Part shown: piece by piece, positions 52,158 through 64,000 of the stretch
Layout: every line of letters starts with the position of its first letter
How positions within the stretch are numbered: the stretch's first letter is position 1
From: Octopus vulgaris
Taxonomy: Eukaryota
DNA: 64,000 bases
Direction of reading: 5' to 3'
Assembly: GCA_951406725.2 (NCBI GenBank)
Contig: OX597833.1
Span: 66,216,001-66,280,000 of the forward strand
Notes under the pieces: model-generated
The model's input: the letters and a program-made list of their open reading frames with translations, nothing else
The model's database searches: none
What the model was told of the DNA's origin: nothing
Translations under genes and position numbers: made by a program

Positions 52158-52676
52158 CAGAAAATATTTAAATATCTTTTATAAAATACAATGCTTTATA
52201 AAATCTGATCATAAAAATATTATAGCGTGATATTTTTTTACTAACATTGGTTAGGAGGGTCTCTCCCCACCTCCACGGATTAAAATAGTAAAGAGAAGGG
52301 GTCCATAGGGGAAAATATGGTTGAGAAGCATTGGTTCAGATCAACAGCTAGCAACAAGGCTCATATCAGGTTACAGGCCATACATGTATAGGATAATCTG
52401 TCTGTTTGTCTCTCTGGCTATCCATCCACCCATCCATCCATTATACATTAGAACGCTGGGCGAAATGCTTAGCGGTATTTCGTCCGTCGTTACATTCTGG
52501 GTTCAAATTCCGCCGAGGTCGACTTTGCCTTTAAATCCTTTCGGGGTCGATAAATTAAGTACCAGTTACGCACTGGGGTCGATATAATCAACTTAATCCC
52601 TTTGTCTGTCCTTGTTTGTCCCCTCTATGTTTAGCTCCTTGAGGGCAATAAAGAAATATATAAATACGTCTGTCTG

Positions 52677-52757
<81 letters not shown>

Positions 52758-52820
52758 GTTTCTGTCTGTCTGTCCATTTACTCGTGATGAGAAGCATTCA
52801 TAAGCAGAAGTTCCACAGTA

Positions 52821-53196
52821 TCTCTCTATATATAAACGGCAGTTTGTCTGTGCGTGTTTCTGTGTGTCTGTTTGCTTGTACCCTCACCCTGACCACGGCT
52901 TTCAACCGATTCTGATGAAACTTGACACACACATAGCCCAATGGCATAATTCAAAACTAACGCAGCGAAAATTTTGAAAAGTTCCCCCAGTTCTGAAAAA
53001 AATCGATAAATTCGACATGGGGTCCAGAATCAGAAACACAAACTGTCTAGGGGACGCAACTCCACCTTTTTTAACTAAAAAAAAAATTTACCATCATTTT
53101 TTCCCATTTTTTTGCTATTTTTTGGCTATAACTCTCTAAAAATGCTTTATAGTTATTTCCCTTACAAACCTGAGCAACGCCGGGCGATACTGCTAG
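52821..53196 (+). mobile_element. Non-autonomous Helitron, second subfamily
   Basis: Same termini (tctctctatatataaa... gagcaacgccgggcgatactgctag) with a different interior. Confidence 0.8.
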
Positions 53197-53571
53197 TATT
53201 TAAATAAATGCGTAAAATAAATATCTGTGCTTTATTACTTAGACACGCCATCACCAAGGAAGGCAATAGTTAAGTTAGTGCGGTGGAGTAGTTAGAACGT
53301 GTGCTTTCCGGACACTCCTCAGGTTTACCGCCCCAACGACCCCACAAGTATATATAAGATTATACAGCAGTTCCATAAGTGCCCTCCCTGTAAAAGGACA
53401 TCCATCCTTGCCTCCCACCCTTAGCTATGTCCCATCCATAGCGTCAAAGAGCTGATTTTCTTTTTTAATTTGCAAGAAGGGGCTGTGTCCATGACCCTTG
53501 CAATTCCCCAGGGTCTAATGAGGTCGATGTAGCTAATTATTTATTAGATTTGCTGCAGGACATGGCCTGGC

Positions 53572-53888
53572 TCTCCGTCGGTTGCGACGACGAGGGTTCC
53601 AGTTGATCCGATCACCAGAACAGCCTGCTCGTTAAATTAACGTGAAAGTGGCTGAGTACTCCGCAGAACCCCGTACCCTTGATGTGGTCCCCGAGATGTA
53701 GCGTGACACAGAATGTGACAAGGCTGGTCCCTTTTGTATTACAGGTATAACTCGATTTTGCCAGATGAGTGGAATGGAGTAATGGGAAGTAAAGTGTCTT
53801 GCTCAAAGACACAGCGCCTCACCGGGAATCGAACTCACAACCTTACGATCGTCTTCAGCTGAATATCCTAATCTCTAAGCCAGGCACA
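53572..53888 (-). mobile_element. SINE head C + tail Y
   Basis: Tail Y followed by ttttgccag..gtgtcttgctcaa..gggaatcgaac..ctaagcca. Confidence 0.75.
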
Positions 53889-54039
53889 TTCACAATACAT
53901 GAGTGGCGGCGGCGGCGGAGGTGGGGTGATGGATTCCTGGGGAAGAAGGATTGGAATCAAGGGGGTTTAGTGCTGGATCGGGGGATTGGGGTTGTGGTGG
54001 GAGGAATTGGAGTTGGATGCAGCAAGGGTGACGATGTGT

Positions 54040-54045
54040 AGAGGC

Positions 54046-54078
<33 letters not shown>

Positions 54079-54397
54079 TGGAGAGAAAGAGAAAGAAGGA
54101 GAGAGAAATAGAAGGAAAAGTGAGAGAGAGGGAGAGAGAAGTAGAGAAAGAGGGAGAGGGAGAGGTAGAGAAAGAAAGAGGGAGAAAAAGAGAGAGAAGA
54201 AGAGAAAGAGAGAGAGAGAGAGAGGAAGAGAAGGGAGTAAGAGAGAGAGAGAGAAAGAGAGGAGAGAAAGGAAGAGAGAAAGAACGAGAGAGAAAAAGAG
54301 AAAGAGTGAAAGAGAATGAGAGAGAGAGAAAAGAGACAGATAGAAATAGAGAGAGAGAGAGAGTGAGAGGGAGAAAAGAGAGAGAGAGAGGGAGAGA
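54040..54397. repeat. GA-rich low-complexity tract
   Basis: Visible directly. Confidence 0.9.
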
Positions 54398-55113
54398 CGT
54401 GGGCTGAGTGTACCTGAGTCTTGCACATATGGGACTTGCCAGGTTCGATGGCAGTATTTTATTTTTCTATCTTTTAATTGTTTCAGTCACCGGAACGCGG
54501 CCATACTGGGGCACCGCCCTGAAAGGTTTTAGCCCCATAAATCAACCCCACTACAGTGTTATTTATTTATTTATTTTTTTTACAGCTTGGTATTTTTTCT
54601 ACCAGATTCTTTGGCCGAGCCTTAATGTTAGAAGGACAGAAATAATTAAACTACTGGACTCATAAATGTTAATCGATTGATACAAAACACAAATGAATAA
54701 CTGTTGTCAATTTGCATATTGGTTGTAGAAAAATTAAAGGCGATCGCGTCCTTGGCTGGAATTTTAGAAGCGTAATTGTATCAATAACAAAAAAAATCGA
54801 AAGAGAAATAAAAAGAAACACAACTGGTGGTGCCCCAGCATGGCCACAGCTCGTGGGCTGAAACTAGATAAAATAAAATAAAAAGAAACACGACTAAGGG
54901 AAATTACTCTTAACAAATGATTTGTAGTTACCTCCCTTGAAAATATTTTAAACTTCCATGCATCGATAAAGTGCAGAAATCTTGGTGAGAAAACATCGGC
55001 CCCAGCGCTTATTTTTTAAACCTGGGGCAAGATACGGGGACACAAACACACCATCACCGGTTGTCAAGCGGTAGTAGGGGAAGAAAACAGAAACAAAGAC
55101 ACACTCACACATA

Positions 55114-55176
<63 letters not shown>

Positions 55177-55325
55177 GATGGGCTTCTTTCAGTTTCCATC
55201 TGTCAAATCCACTAACAAGGCTTTCGTTGGCCTAAGGCTATAGAGGAAAACACTTGCCCAAGGTCCCGCACAGTGGGAATGAACCTGGAACCATGTGGTT
55301 GGGAAGCAAGCTTCTTACCACACAC

Positions 55326-55430
<105 letters not shown>

Positions 55431-55731
55431 TATATATATATATATATATATATACACTAAATGAATATATATTCGAAAATATTTATATAGATGTTATTAA
55501 TAATTATTATCATTAGTAAAATGAATAATAATAACAATAATATAGGTGGCCAATAAGCAAAAGCCGATAAATGGCAAATTCAGAATTTTATAATTAATTT
55601 GTAATTATAATAGGGCACATGCAATACCAGCATTGTTGAGAAAATCAGAGTCGAAAAATTCTTTAAGAAAACCACCAATCACGGGAAAAATATCAAGTAA
55701 AACAGAAATCGGGCTACGAGCAAAGAAATTA

Positions 55732-55790
55732 ACTTACCATCTTGGCAGAAAGCCGTAGATTGAGGAAAATAGATATCCTTGGATTAAATG
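55732..55790 (-). other. Candidate exon ending in a start codon (gccaagATG|gtaagtt)
   Basis: Consensus donor GTAAGT directly after an ATG in good Kozak context, with a pyrimidine-rich leader, in non-repeat sequence. No downstream exon could be confirmed. Confidence 0.35.
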
Positions 55791-55942
55791 CTTTCAAATT
55801 TTATGATTGTATGAATGTATATATATTGTATGTATATGTTTAATTATGTACAAATACAAAATGCGTGTGTGAGTGCGTACATGCGCAAGTATCTATACAT
55901 AAACACACACACATACACACACACACACATACACACACAGCA

Positions 55943-56720
55943 TACCTATTTCTTTACTACCCACAAGGGGCCAAACATAGAGGGGACAGACAAAGGGATT
56001 AAGTCGATTACATCGACCCCAGTGCATAACTGGGAATTATTTAATCGACCCCGAAAGGATGAAAGGCAAAGTCGACCTCGGCGGAATTTGAACTCAGAAC
56101 GTAACGGCAGACGAAATACCTATTTCTTTATTACCCACAAGGGGCTAAACACAGAGGGGACAAACAAGGACAGACAAAGGGATTAAGTCGATTACATCGA
56201 CCCCAGTGCGCAACTGGTACTTAATTTATCGACCCCGAAAGGATGAAAGGCAAAGTCGACCTCGGCGGAATTTGAACTCAGAACGTAACGGCAGACGAAA
56301 TACCTATTTCTTTATTACCCACAGGGGGCTAAACACAGAGGGGACAAACAAGGACAGATATACGTATTAAGTCGATTACATCGACCCCAGTGCGCAACTG
56401 GTACTTAATTTATCGACCCCGAAAGGATGAAAGGCAAAGTCGACCTCGGCGGAATTTGAACTCAGAACGTAACGGCAGACGAAATACCTATTTCTTTATT
56501 ACTCACAAGGGGCTAAACACAGAGGGGACAAACAAGGACAGACAAAGAGATTAAGTCGATTACATCGACCCCAGTGCGTAACTGGGACTTATTTAATCGA
56601 CCCCGAAAGGATGAAAGGCAAAGTCGACCTCGGCGGAATTTGAACTCAGAACGTAACGGCAGACGAAATACGGCTACGCATTTCGCCCGTTTGCTAACGT
56701 TTCTGCCAGTTTGTTGCCTT
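55943..56720 (-). mobile_element. Multimeric SINE family M: head plus 4 units
   Basis: Unit boundaries at 55943, 56117, 56301, 56485 and 56669 (184-bp period); head at 56669-56720. Confidence 0.9.
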
Positions 56721-57068
56721 TATATGCGTCTACTATAATGATTTACGTATATATAAATGAAAACTATTAAATATAGATCTGTATTTCTGTTAGAATGACG
56801 AAAAAAAGTGTTAAACTGTTCAATAATTCATGAGAGATTCATAGAAATTTCCCCGTTGGAATCCTGAAATATTAGGACACATCGGCAGAGTTGAGAAAGA
56901 TTCTCGTATTTGAAGAAGCTCCATCAAATTTGAAGTAGGAACGGCGGAAAACACAAGAATGGAAACAAAACACACACGCATACACACACATATTTGTATG
57001 TATGTATGTATACACGTATGTATGTATGTATACACGTATGTATGTATGTATGTATGTATGTATGTATG

Positions 57069-57099
<31 letters not shown>

Positions 57100-57509
57100 G
57101 TATGTATGTATGTATGTATATATGTATGTATGAATGTATGTATGTATGTATGTATATATATATATAAATATAAGTGGGAATTTTTTAACCACTATGTGGA
57201 AACCCTTATGCTAGAAGAAGATCCGCTATGGTCTCAACCACTAAGAATTGTTCTCTAGAAAAATTTAGCACACCAGAAACGTAAGCGAGCAAGACAAATG
57301 AAAAATAACAAAAATATAGATTAATCACAAACAATTGTTTCACTATCAATAAATTACGTAATTTTATTTTCACACTTTATCTGTAGATCGTCTAAGCAGA
57401 ATATAACCCCCAGAACTTCACGCCAGATATCAACACGAGGTCGAAAATGCATGTAGTTCTATCTATTACATTTGCGGTTATTTTCAAACGATTCTGCCAG
57501 CTCATACAT

Positions 57510-57575
<66 letters not shown>

Positions 57576-57966
57576 CCACATATATCAGGGACCTTTACAT
57601 ACTTATATTCATACAGTGAAGATGCGTGGCCTGGTGGTTATGGGCCTCCTTTCACGAAACTTTAATATGAGACCCTAAGCCCACCACTCACTCAATGAAT
57701 ACAAATTCAACTGTGTCGTCTGCTACTTCCATTCGTTCGTTCCCTCACTCGTATGGGAACAAGATTGCTAGTGACTTCGAAGTTTCAGCTTAATTGTTGT
57801 CATTAGACTTAGTTAGTCCCGAAAACTTCGTATCACGATCAAACTTTTTTCCGTGTAAACGTGAAAAATACCGAACTCAACGAAAACGTATTAAGTGATT
57901 TTTCAAATTTCAATGTTCAATTGCTTTTACAAACAAAACAAAACTTTGCATAAAACCAAACGTTAA

Positions 57967-58001
<35 letters not shown>

Positions 58002-58367
58002 ACAGTTATCGCCAAGCTAATATGGCAGTTCATAAATATAAGACTATTTATATATATACAAACATATATTACAGGAGAGAGAGGAAGAGGGAGAGAGATG
58101 GAGAGAGAGAAGCAGAGAATGTGAGAGAAAGCGATTTATATATGAACTTATTAATTCGATTCAATTTATTAAATCAGACGATTCGATAAGCGTTTTGCAT
58201 TTGCTGGTTATTATTATTTTTGTTTTTTTTTATTCTCTCTCTCTTCGTCTCTTTTGTATTTTATTTTAAAACGTCTGATAAAAATAATATTTAGAAACGA
58301 AATAATAATTTTCAGATGCTATTATTTTCCACTCTCGCTTTATACCAAATGCTTTAAATCACAAGAG

Positions 58368-58480
58368 TGAACCGTGACCTCCACATTTATTTCCGAACTT
58401 TCGCTGATTCTGCAGATTGAACCGGTATTCAATCACAGGCTGACCTTTGAACTCACCGCCATTCATTTTGTTCGTTATCT
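58368..58480. promoter_or_regulatory. Candidate enhancer: two nuclear-receptor DR1 elements plus a GATA site
   Basis: tgaacc-g-tgacct (58368-58380), tgacct-t-tgaact (58441-58453) and ttatct (58475-58480) in unique sequence. Confidence 0.35.
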
Positions 58481-58821
58481 GAGACTGTTTAATGAAACAA
58501 ACGAACAATCAGACAAAAAGACAAGTATTTAACGAAAATATATAACCGAATAATGGATAATCACTCTGCTTAAACATTTGTTTTAATTAGTTATTTAATA
58601 ACCTGTTTTATATTCATTTAAATTTTAAAATTTAGTGGTATACATACGTCTGTACATACACAAATCATGCAATATATGTTTGCATATATATATATATTTT
58701 GTATATACATGCACAGACGTATGTACGCATGTATATGCATGTATGTATGCAGATACGTACGTATGTATGTATGTATGTATGTAATTATGTATGTATGTAT
58801 GTATGTATGTATGTATGTATG

Positions 58822-58852
<31 letters not shown>

Positions 58853-58924
58853 GTATGTATATGTATGTATGTAGGTACGTATATATGTATGTAAGTATGT
58901 ATGTATATATATATATGTATGTAT

Positions 58925-58962
<38 letters not shown>

Positions 58963-59125
58963 GTGGACGCATATATGTATGGGTATATATATATACACAT
59001 ACATACATACATACATACATACATACATACATACACACACACACATATATTCTTATGCATGCATTTATACACTTACATAGACACGCACGCATGCATATCT
59101 ATCTATCTAGCTAGCTAGCTATCTA

Positions 59126-59209
<84 letters not shown>

Positions 59210-59819
59210 TAGATAGATATAGATATATACATACATATATGAATATATATATATATCATTAAAAATACTTAGTCAATCCTATTTACTCGTAAATACAACC
59301 ATCACGAAATATGTTTTATGGCATTTGCGTATTAATTTTCCCCCCATTTCCAATCCATAACACGCCATCACGGCATACAATATATATCGTCTGCTCTTTA
59401 ATGGAATAACACCGTTATATATAACGCCTGTTATTTTATAAAAGTATAACACCATTATATATATTTATCGTCTGCTGTGCTATAGTAACACAAGTTCTAT
59501 CATATATCGTCTGCCATCCTACATCTCTCTCGTGATTTTTCCTTCATTTTTTTTTTTTTACTTTAGCTCCACATAACCTTCTTTGAACAGGGCTATAATT
59601 CTTTCTACCGTAGGCTATAAGGCGTGTAATTTTGTTGTGTTGCGGGTGCGGTGGGGTTAGTCAATTACATGGGGCCCGAATGCTCAACTGGTGCTTTTTT
59701 TTTATCGACCCCGAAAAATATAGAAGTCAAAGTTGGCCTCGGTTGAATTTGAACCCAGAACGTAGAAAAAAATAACTGAAGGTATGCCGCTAAGTATTTT
59801 ACTCGGCAAGTTAACGGTT

Positions 59820-60065
<246 letters not shown>

Positions 60066-60582
60066 ATGTTTCTTTTATAAAAGAAAAAATCCATTACAGA
60101 GTATAGTCCCAGATATGCCGAAAAGACATATGGCCATGGCTGGAGCGTCAAAGATCTGCTTAGTAAGGCTAACTTGGGGATAAGCAACAACGACACTGTA
60201 AACGTTTCCAGTTACTCTCGATCCCCTTCTCTTCATTTACCCATCTCGGTTGGTATGTTTCATCATTATTCGCCCCCTAACTGCCCCCCCCCTTGTAAAA
60301 ATATACACGAAATAATATCAATGATAATGGTAACGATGGTGATGATGATGATGAGGATGATGATGATAGAGATGAGGGTGATGGCAGAGGTGTTGATGAA
60401 GATAGCGGAGGTGATGTTGCTGATAAAAAGTTGCTGTAAATAATCTCTTTACAAAAGCTCGTGTCACTGTCTGAGCGCTACCTTTTAGATATCATGTTAG
60501 CGCACGGCTCGTACTTCAATAAAACCATATTTAGATAAATATCACGGACATAAATCCTTATGTATACACATCGGCATATATA

Positions 60583-60646
<64 letters not shown>

Positions 60647-60678
60647 TGCGTGTGTGTGTATATGTGTGTGTGTGTATG

Positions 60679-60718
<40 letters not shown>

Positions 60719-61166
60719 GAGTGCGTCTAACATCGTGCATATGCTCACATTTTTGGTAATGCTCGTAGGAGCGTGTGTACTCGTGCCATGCTGCTTGCCC
60801 GAGGGCGTTTATACATCCATATCGGTTAACGGATATATCTCATATCAGTGAGGGGGGCCGGTGCGCATTGATGCCGTCGAGAGGTAGGCTCCGAAACGGC
60901 GCGCATTCTCTCCTGATGAGCCCATACACTTGCTAGCTTCCGTTATACGGAGCTTTTAACTGCTAGCACTTGCATGTGCAAGTTGTTTGCAAGACATCTT
61001 TTTCTCGCTGGATTAAGTGTTCGTTTCTCTTTTTATCCTCTGCAATTTAATTTTTGTATCTTCTCTATATATGAAGAATTTTCCTCCGTCTGGCTGTTTT
61101 TCTCTCTGCAAAAAGGAAAGTTGGATTATGGAACAGTCATTTTAACGAGTTTTTAATTATTTATTT

Positions 61167-61270
61167 ATCACCCGACGAGATACGTCTGCACCACCGGATA
61201 CGTCTGAACCAGTTGTTGAGTGTCCTACAAGAGGAATCGATGCTAGATGTGTCGAAACAATTGTTTTGAT
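61167..61270 (+). ncRNA. Hammerhead-like motif, core CCGACGA, long stem-II loop
   Basis: atcac-CCGACGA-gatacgtct..(~57 nt)..agatgtgtc-GAAAcaattgTT-ttgat; 9-bp stem II including G-U pairs; palindromic stem III; one mismatch in stem I. Confidence 0.5.
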
Positions 61271-61303
61271 TAATAATATATTCCAGTATATTCCATCTTC
61301 TGT

Positions 61304-61415
<112 letters not shown>

Positions 61416-61663
61416 GTGCACACATATATATTTTGTATAATTCGGGTAATAGCCTCATAATGTGCACTTAAAAGCACCTACGGCGTTATTGGCTACCACA
61501 TGCTACTCTACAGCAGGATGTTCTTGAAGACTGGATAAACGTGTAGAAGTCCATTATCGTATAGGATTAACTTAAGCATAATATAACAGTGATGTATATG
61601 TATATGCATATCTGCTTATAGTTACGTATACATCATAATTATATCATCATACATACACACACA

Positions 61664-61700
<37 letters not shown>

Positions 61701-61894
61701 ATATTTATATATATGCATACATACACTTATATGTATTCAGTGAATCATACATACATACATGCATACATATTGTAAGTATATGCATTCATTTATAAATACA
61801 TTGATTTACCTGTTCATGTATATATATATACATACATGATAGATCGTTAGCTCCTACACGCATTTTTTTTCTCTCCTTGTTTTTTTTCTGTCTA

Positions 61895-61932
61895 TCTTTC
61901 TGTCGAAGAGCGTAGGCTCGAAACGTAAAAGA
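61895..61932 (+). ncRNA. Minimal hammerhead-like motif, variant core CTGTCGA
   Basis: tcttt-CTGTCGA-a-gagc(gtag)gctc-GAAAcgTA-aaaga. The host element (~61855-62030) is related to ~5465-5680. Confidence 0.55.
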
Positions 61933-62029
61933 CTTGTTCTATTTCTATTCCTGAGCGCCATACTTATACCTTTGTTTGTTTGTACTCCACCTGCCTTCGT
62001 CTTTTGTTTATTTTCGTAAACCTTCCCGT

Positions 62030-62063
<34 letters not shown>

Positions 62064-62156
62064 TACACTTATATATTCATCTACCCATCAGTAATCGAAA
62101 CATCAATACATGCATATAAACACACACACACTATGTATATATATATATGCACATAT

Positions 62157-62371
62157 ACTCTTTTAGTTGTTTCAGTCATTTGACTGCAGCCATGTTGGAG
62201 CACCGCCATTAGTCGAGGAAATCGACCCCAGGACTTATTCCTTGTAAGCTTAGTACTTAATCCATCGGTCACTTGTGCCGAACCACTAAGTTACGGGGAC
62301 GTAAACACACCAGCATCGGCTGTCAAGCGATGGTGGTGGGGCCACACACAAACATATACTCACACATACAT

Positions 62372-62420
<49 letters not shown>

Positions 62421-62424
62421 TTCA

Positions 62425-62516
<92 letters not shown>

Positions 62517-62677
62517 ACATATATATATGTACGACTGGCTTCTTTCAGTTTCCGTCTACCAAATCCACTCACAAAGCTATAGTAAAAGACAATTGCCCAA
62601 GATGCCACGCATGGGACTGAACCCGGAACCATGTGGTTGGTAAGCAAGCTACTTACCACACAACCACTCCTGCGCCT
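62157..62677 (-). mobile_element. SINE family A with an expanded internal microsatellite
   Basis: Reverse-complement match to the other copies. Confidence 0.8.
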
Positions 62678-62697
62678 ATCTTTATATATACATACAT

Positions 62698-62729
<32 letters not shown>

Positions 62730-63229
62730 GTTTGTGTGTGTGTGTGTATGTAGTACGTGCGCGTGTGTTTACGAGTGTGCATATTTGCGTCTGAGTGTGT
62801 GTGTAGTTATTACACACACACACACACAAGCATATATGTATACAAACATACCTTCTTGCATTCACTAATTTATGCTTACATACACACATACACACGCCTA
62901 TATACATTTATTGATTCGTTTAAGTATACATACGAAAAGCCATTTATAGATTTTCTAATTCCTTAATGCATAAACATACATACCTACACACACACCCACA
63001 CAACATACACACACGGACACACACACATACATGTATACTTAAATAGAAAGCCTGGTAGACAGACAGACATACAGACATATAAATAGTCAGAAAGAAAGAT
63101 GGGTGGATGGACAGTTATGTAGATTCACAGCTAGAGAACTACCAACCTATAATTCTTGATACGACATGCATACGTACATACACACGTATATAGACAAACG
63201 CACACCTGTAATAAATACATGCCGGCTTG

Positions 63230-63256
63230 GACACACATACATACATACATACATAT

Positions 63257-63287
<31 letters not shown>

Positions 63288-63296
63288 CATACATAC

Positions 63297-63351
<55 letters not shown>

Positions 63352-63409
63352 CACACAACAAAAATATATATAAATGTATGTATATATATATATGTATACA
63401 CACACATAT

Positions 63410-63440
<31 letters not shown>

Positions 63441-63604
63441 GATACATATATATATATATGGACACACACACACACACATATATATATACATATATATATA
63501 TACATATATATATGTGTATGTATATATATGTATATATATACATAAATATATATATGTATATATATATATATATATATGTATGTATATATATATATATGTA
63601 TATA

Positions 63605-63641
<37 letters not shown>

Positions 63642-63708
63642 TATAGATATATATATACGTATGTATATATACACATATATATATATATACACATATATAT
63701 ATATATAT

Positions 63709-63763
<55 letters not shown>

Positions 63764-63780
63764 CACACGCATAAATATAC
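63230..63780. repeat. Compound (TA)n/(CATA)n/(CA)n tract
   Basis: Visible directly. Confidence 0.95.
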
Positions 63781-64000
63781 ACTGCAAAACAACTTCACTT
63801 CTGGCAGCCAGTATCCTACGGTGTTGTAATTTCTCTTAAACTTAAAATCGCCATTTACTCTAAGTGACAATTGACCAATGGCGGCTCCTGCTTCTGGCCA
63901 CTTTAAATGGCCTGGCTGTCCACGTAAAATACCTCTTGTCTCCTCGGTCTATGTTGTTAGCCAGAGATCTAATTAACCAATACAATGGCTGTTAATCAAT

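Noticed and set aside
55943-56720. Regularly spaced repeats as a CRISPR array or retrozyme
   Set aside because: Units are contiguous with no unique spacers, are SINE-derived, and show no hammerhead core; the context is eukaryotic.
63860-63900. ccaatggcggc (CCAAT/YY1-like) promoter motif
   Set aside because: A single short motif at the window edge with no supporting context.

Overview
Repeat-dense, AT-rich eukaryotic DNA, most likely from an octopus or other cephalopod genome (inferred from the SINE families and microsatellite load). I can support no intact protein-coding gene; nearly all ORFs in the track are read-throughs of microsatellites or SINEs. Supported features are: two identical tRNA-Asp(GTC) genes in inverted orientation; a full-length decayed mariner and an internally deleted one; a decayed RTE LINE with a PHD-like finger, split by SINE insertions that carry target-site duplications (TSDs); CR1-like fragments; several tRNA-derived SINE families; three non-autonomous Helitrons; and Merlin-, pogo- and piggyBac-like MITEs. 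The signals most worth a second look are: (1) short foldback or (TA)n-embedded elements carrying minimal hammerhead ribozyme (HHR) folds, several with recurrent variant cores (CCGACGA, CUGUCGA) or long stem-II inserts; (2) SINE multimers at three loci with one head and the same tail-to-body junction, one flanked by a single TSD; (3) a tRNA gene cassette copied in inverted orientation into a SINE; (4) a large inverted duplication of unique sequence with a conserved splice acceptor and polyA signals; (5) all four head/tail combinations of a modular SINE system. All alignments and folds were done by eye, and repeat boundaries are approximate unless a TSD is quoted.
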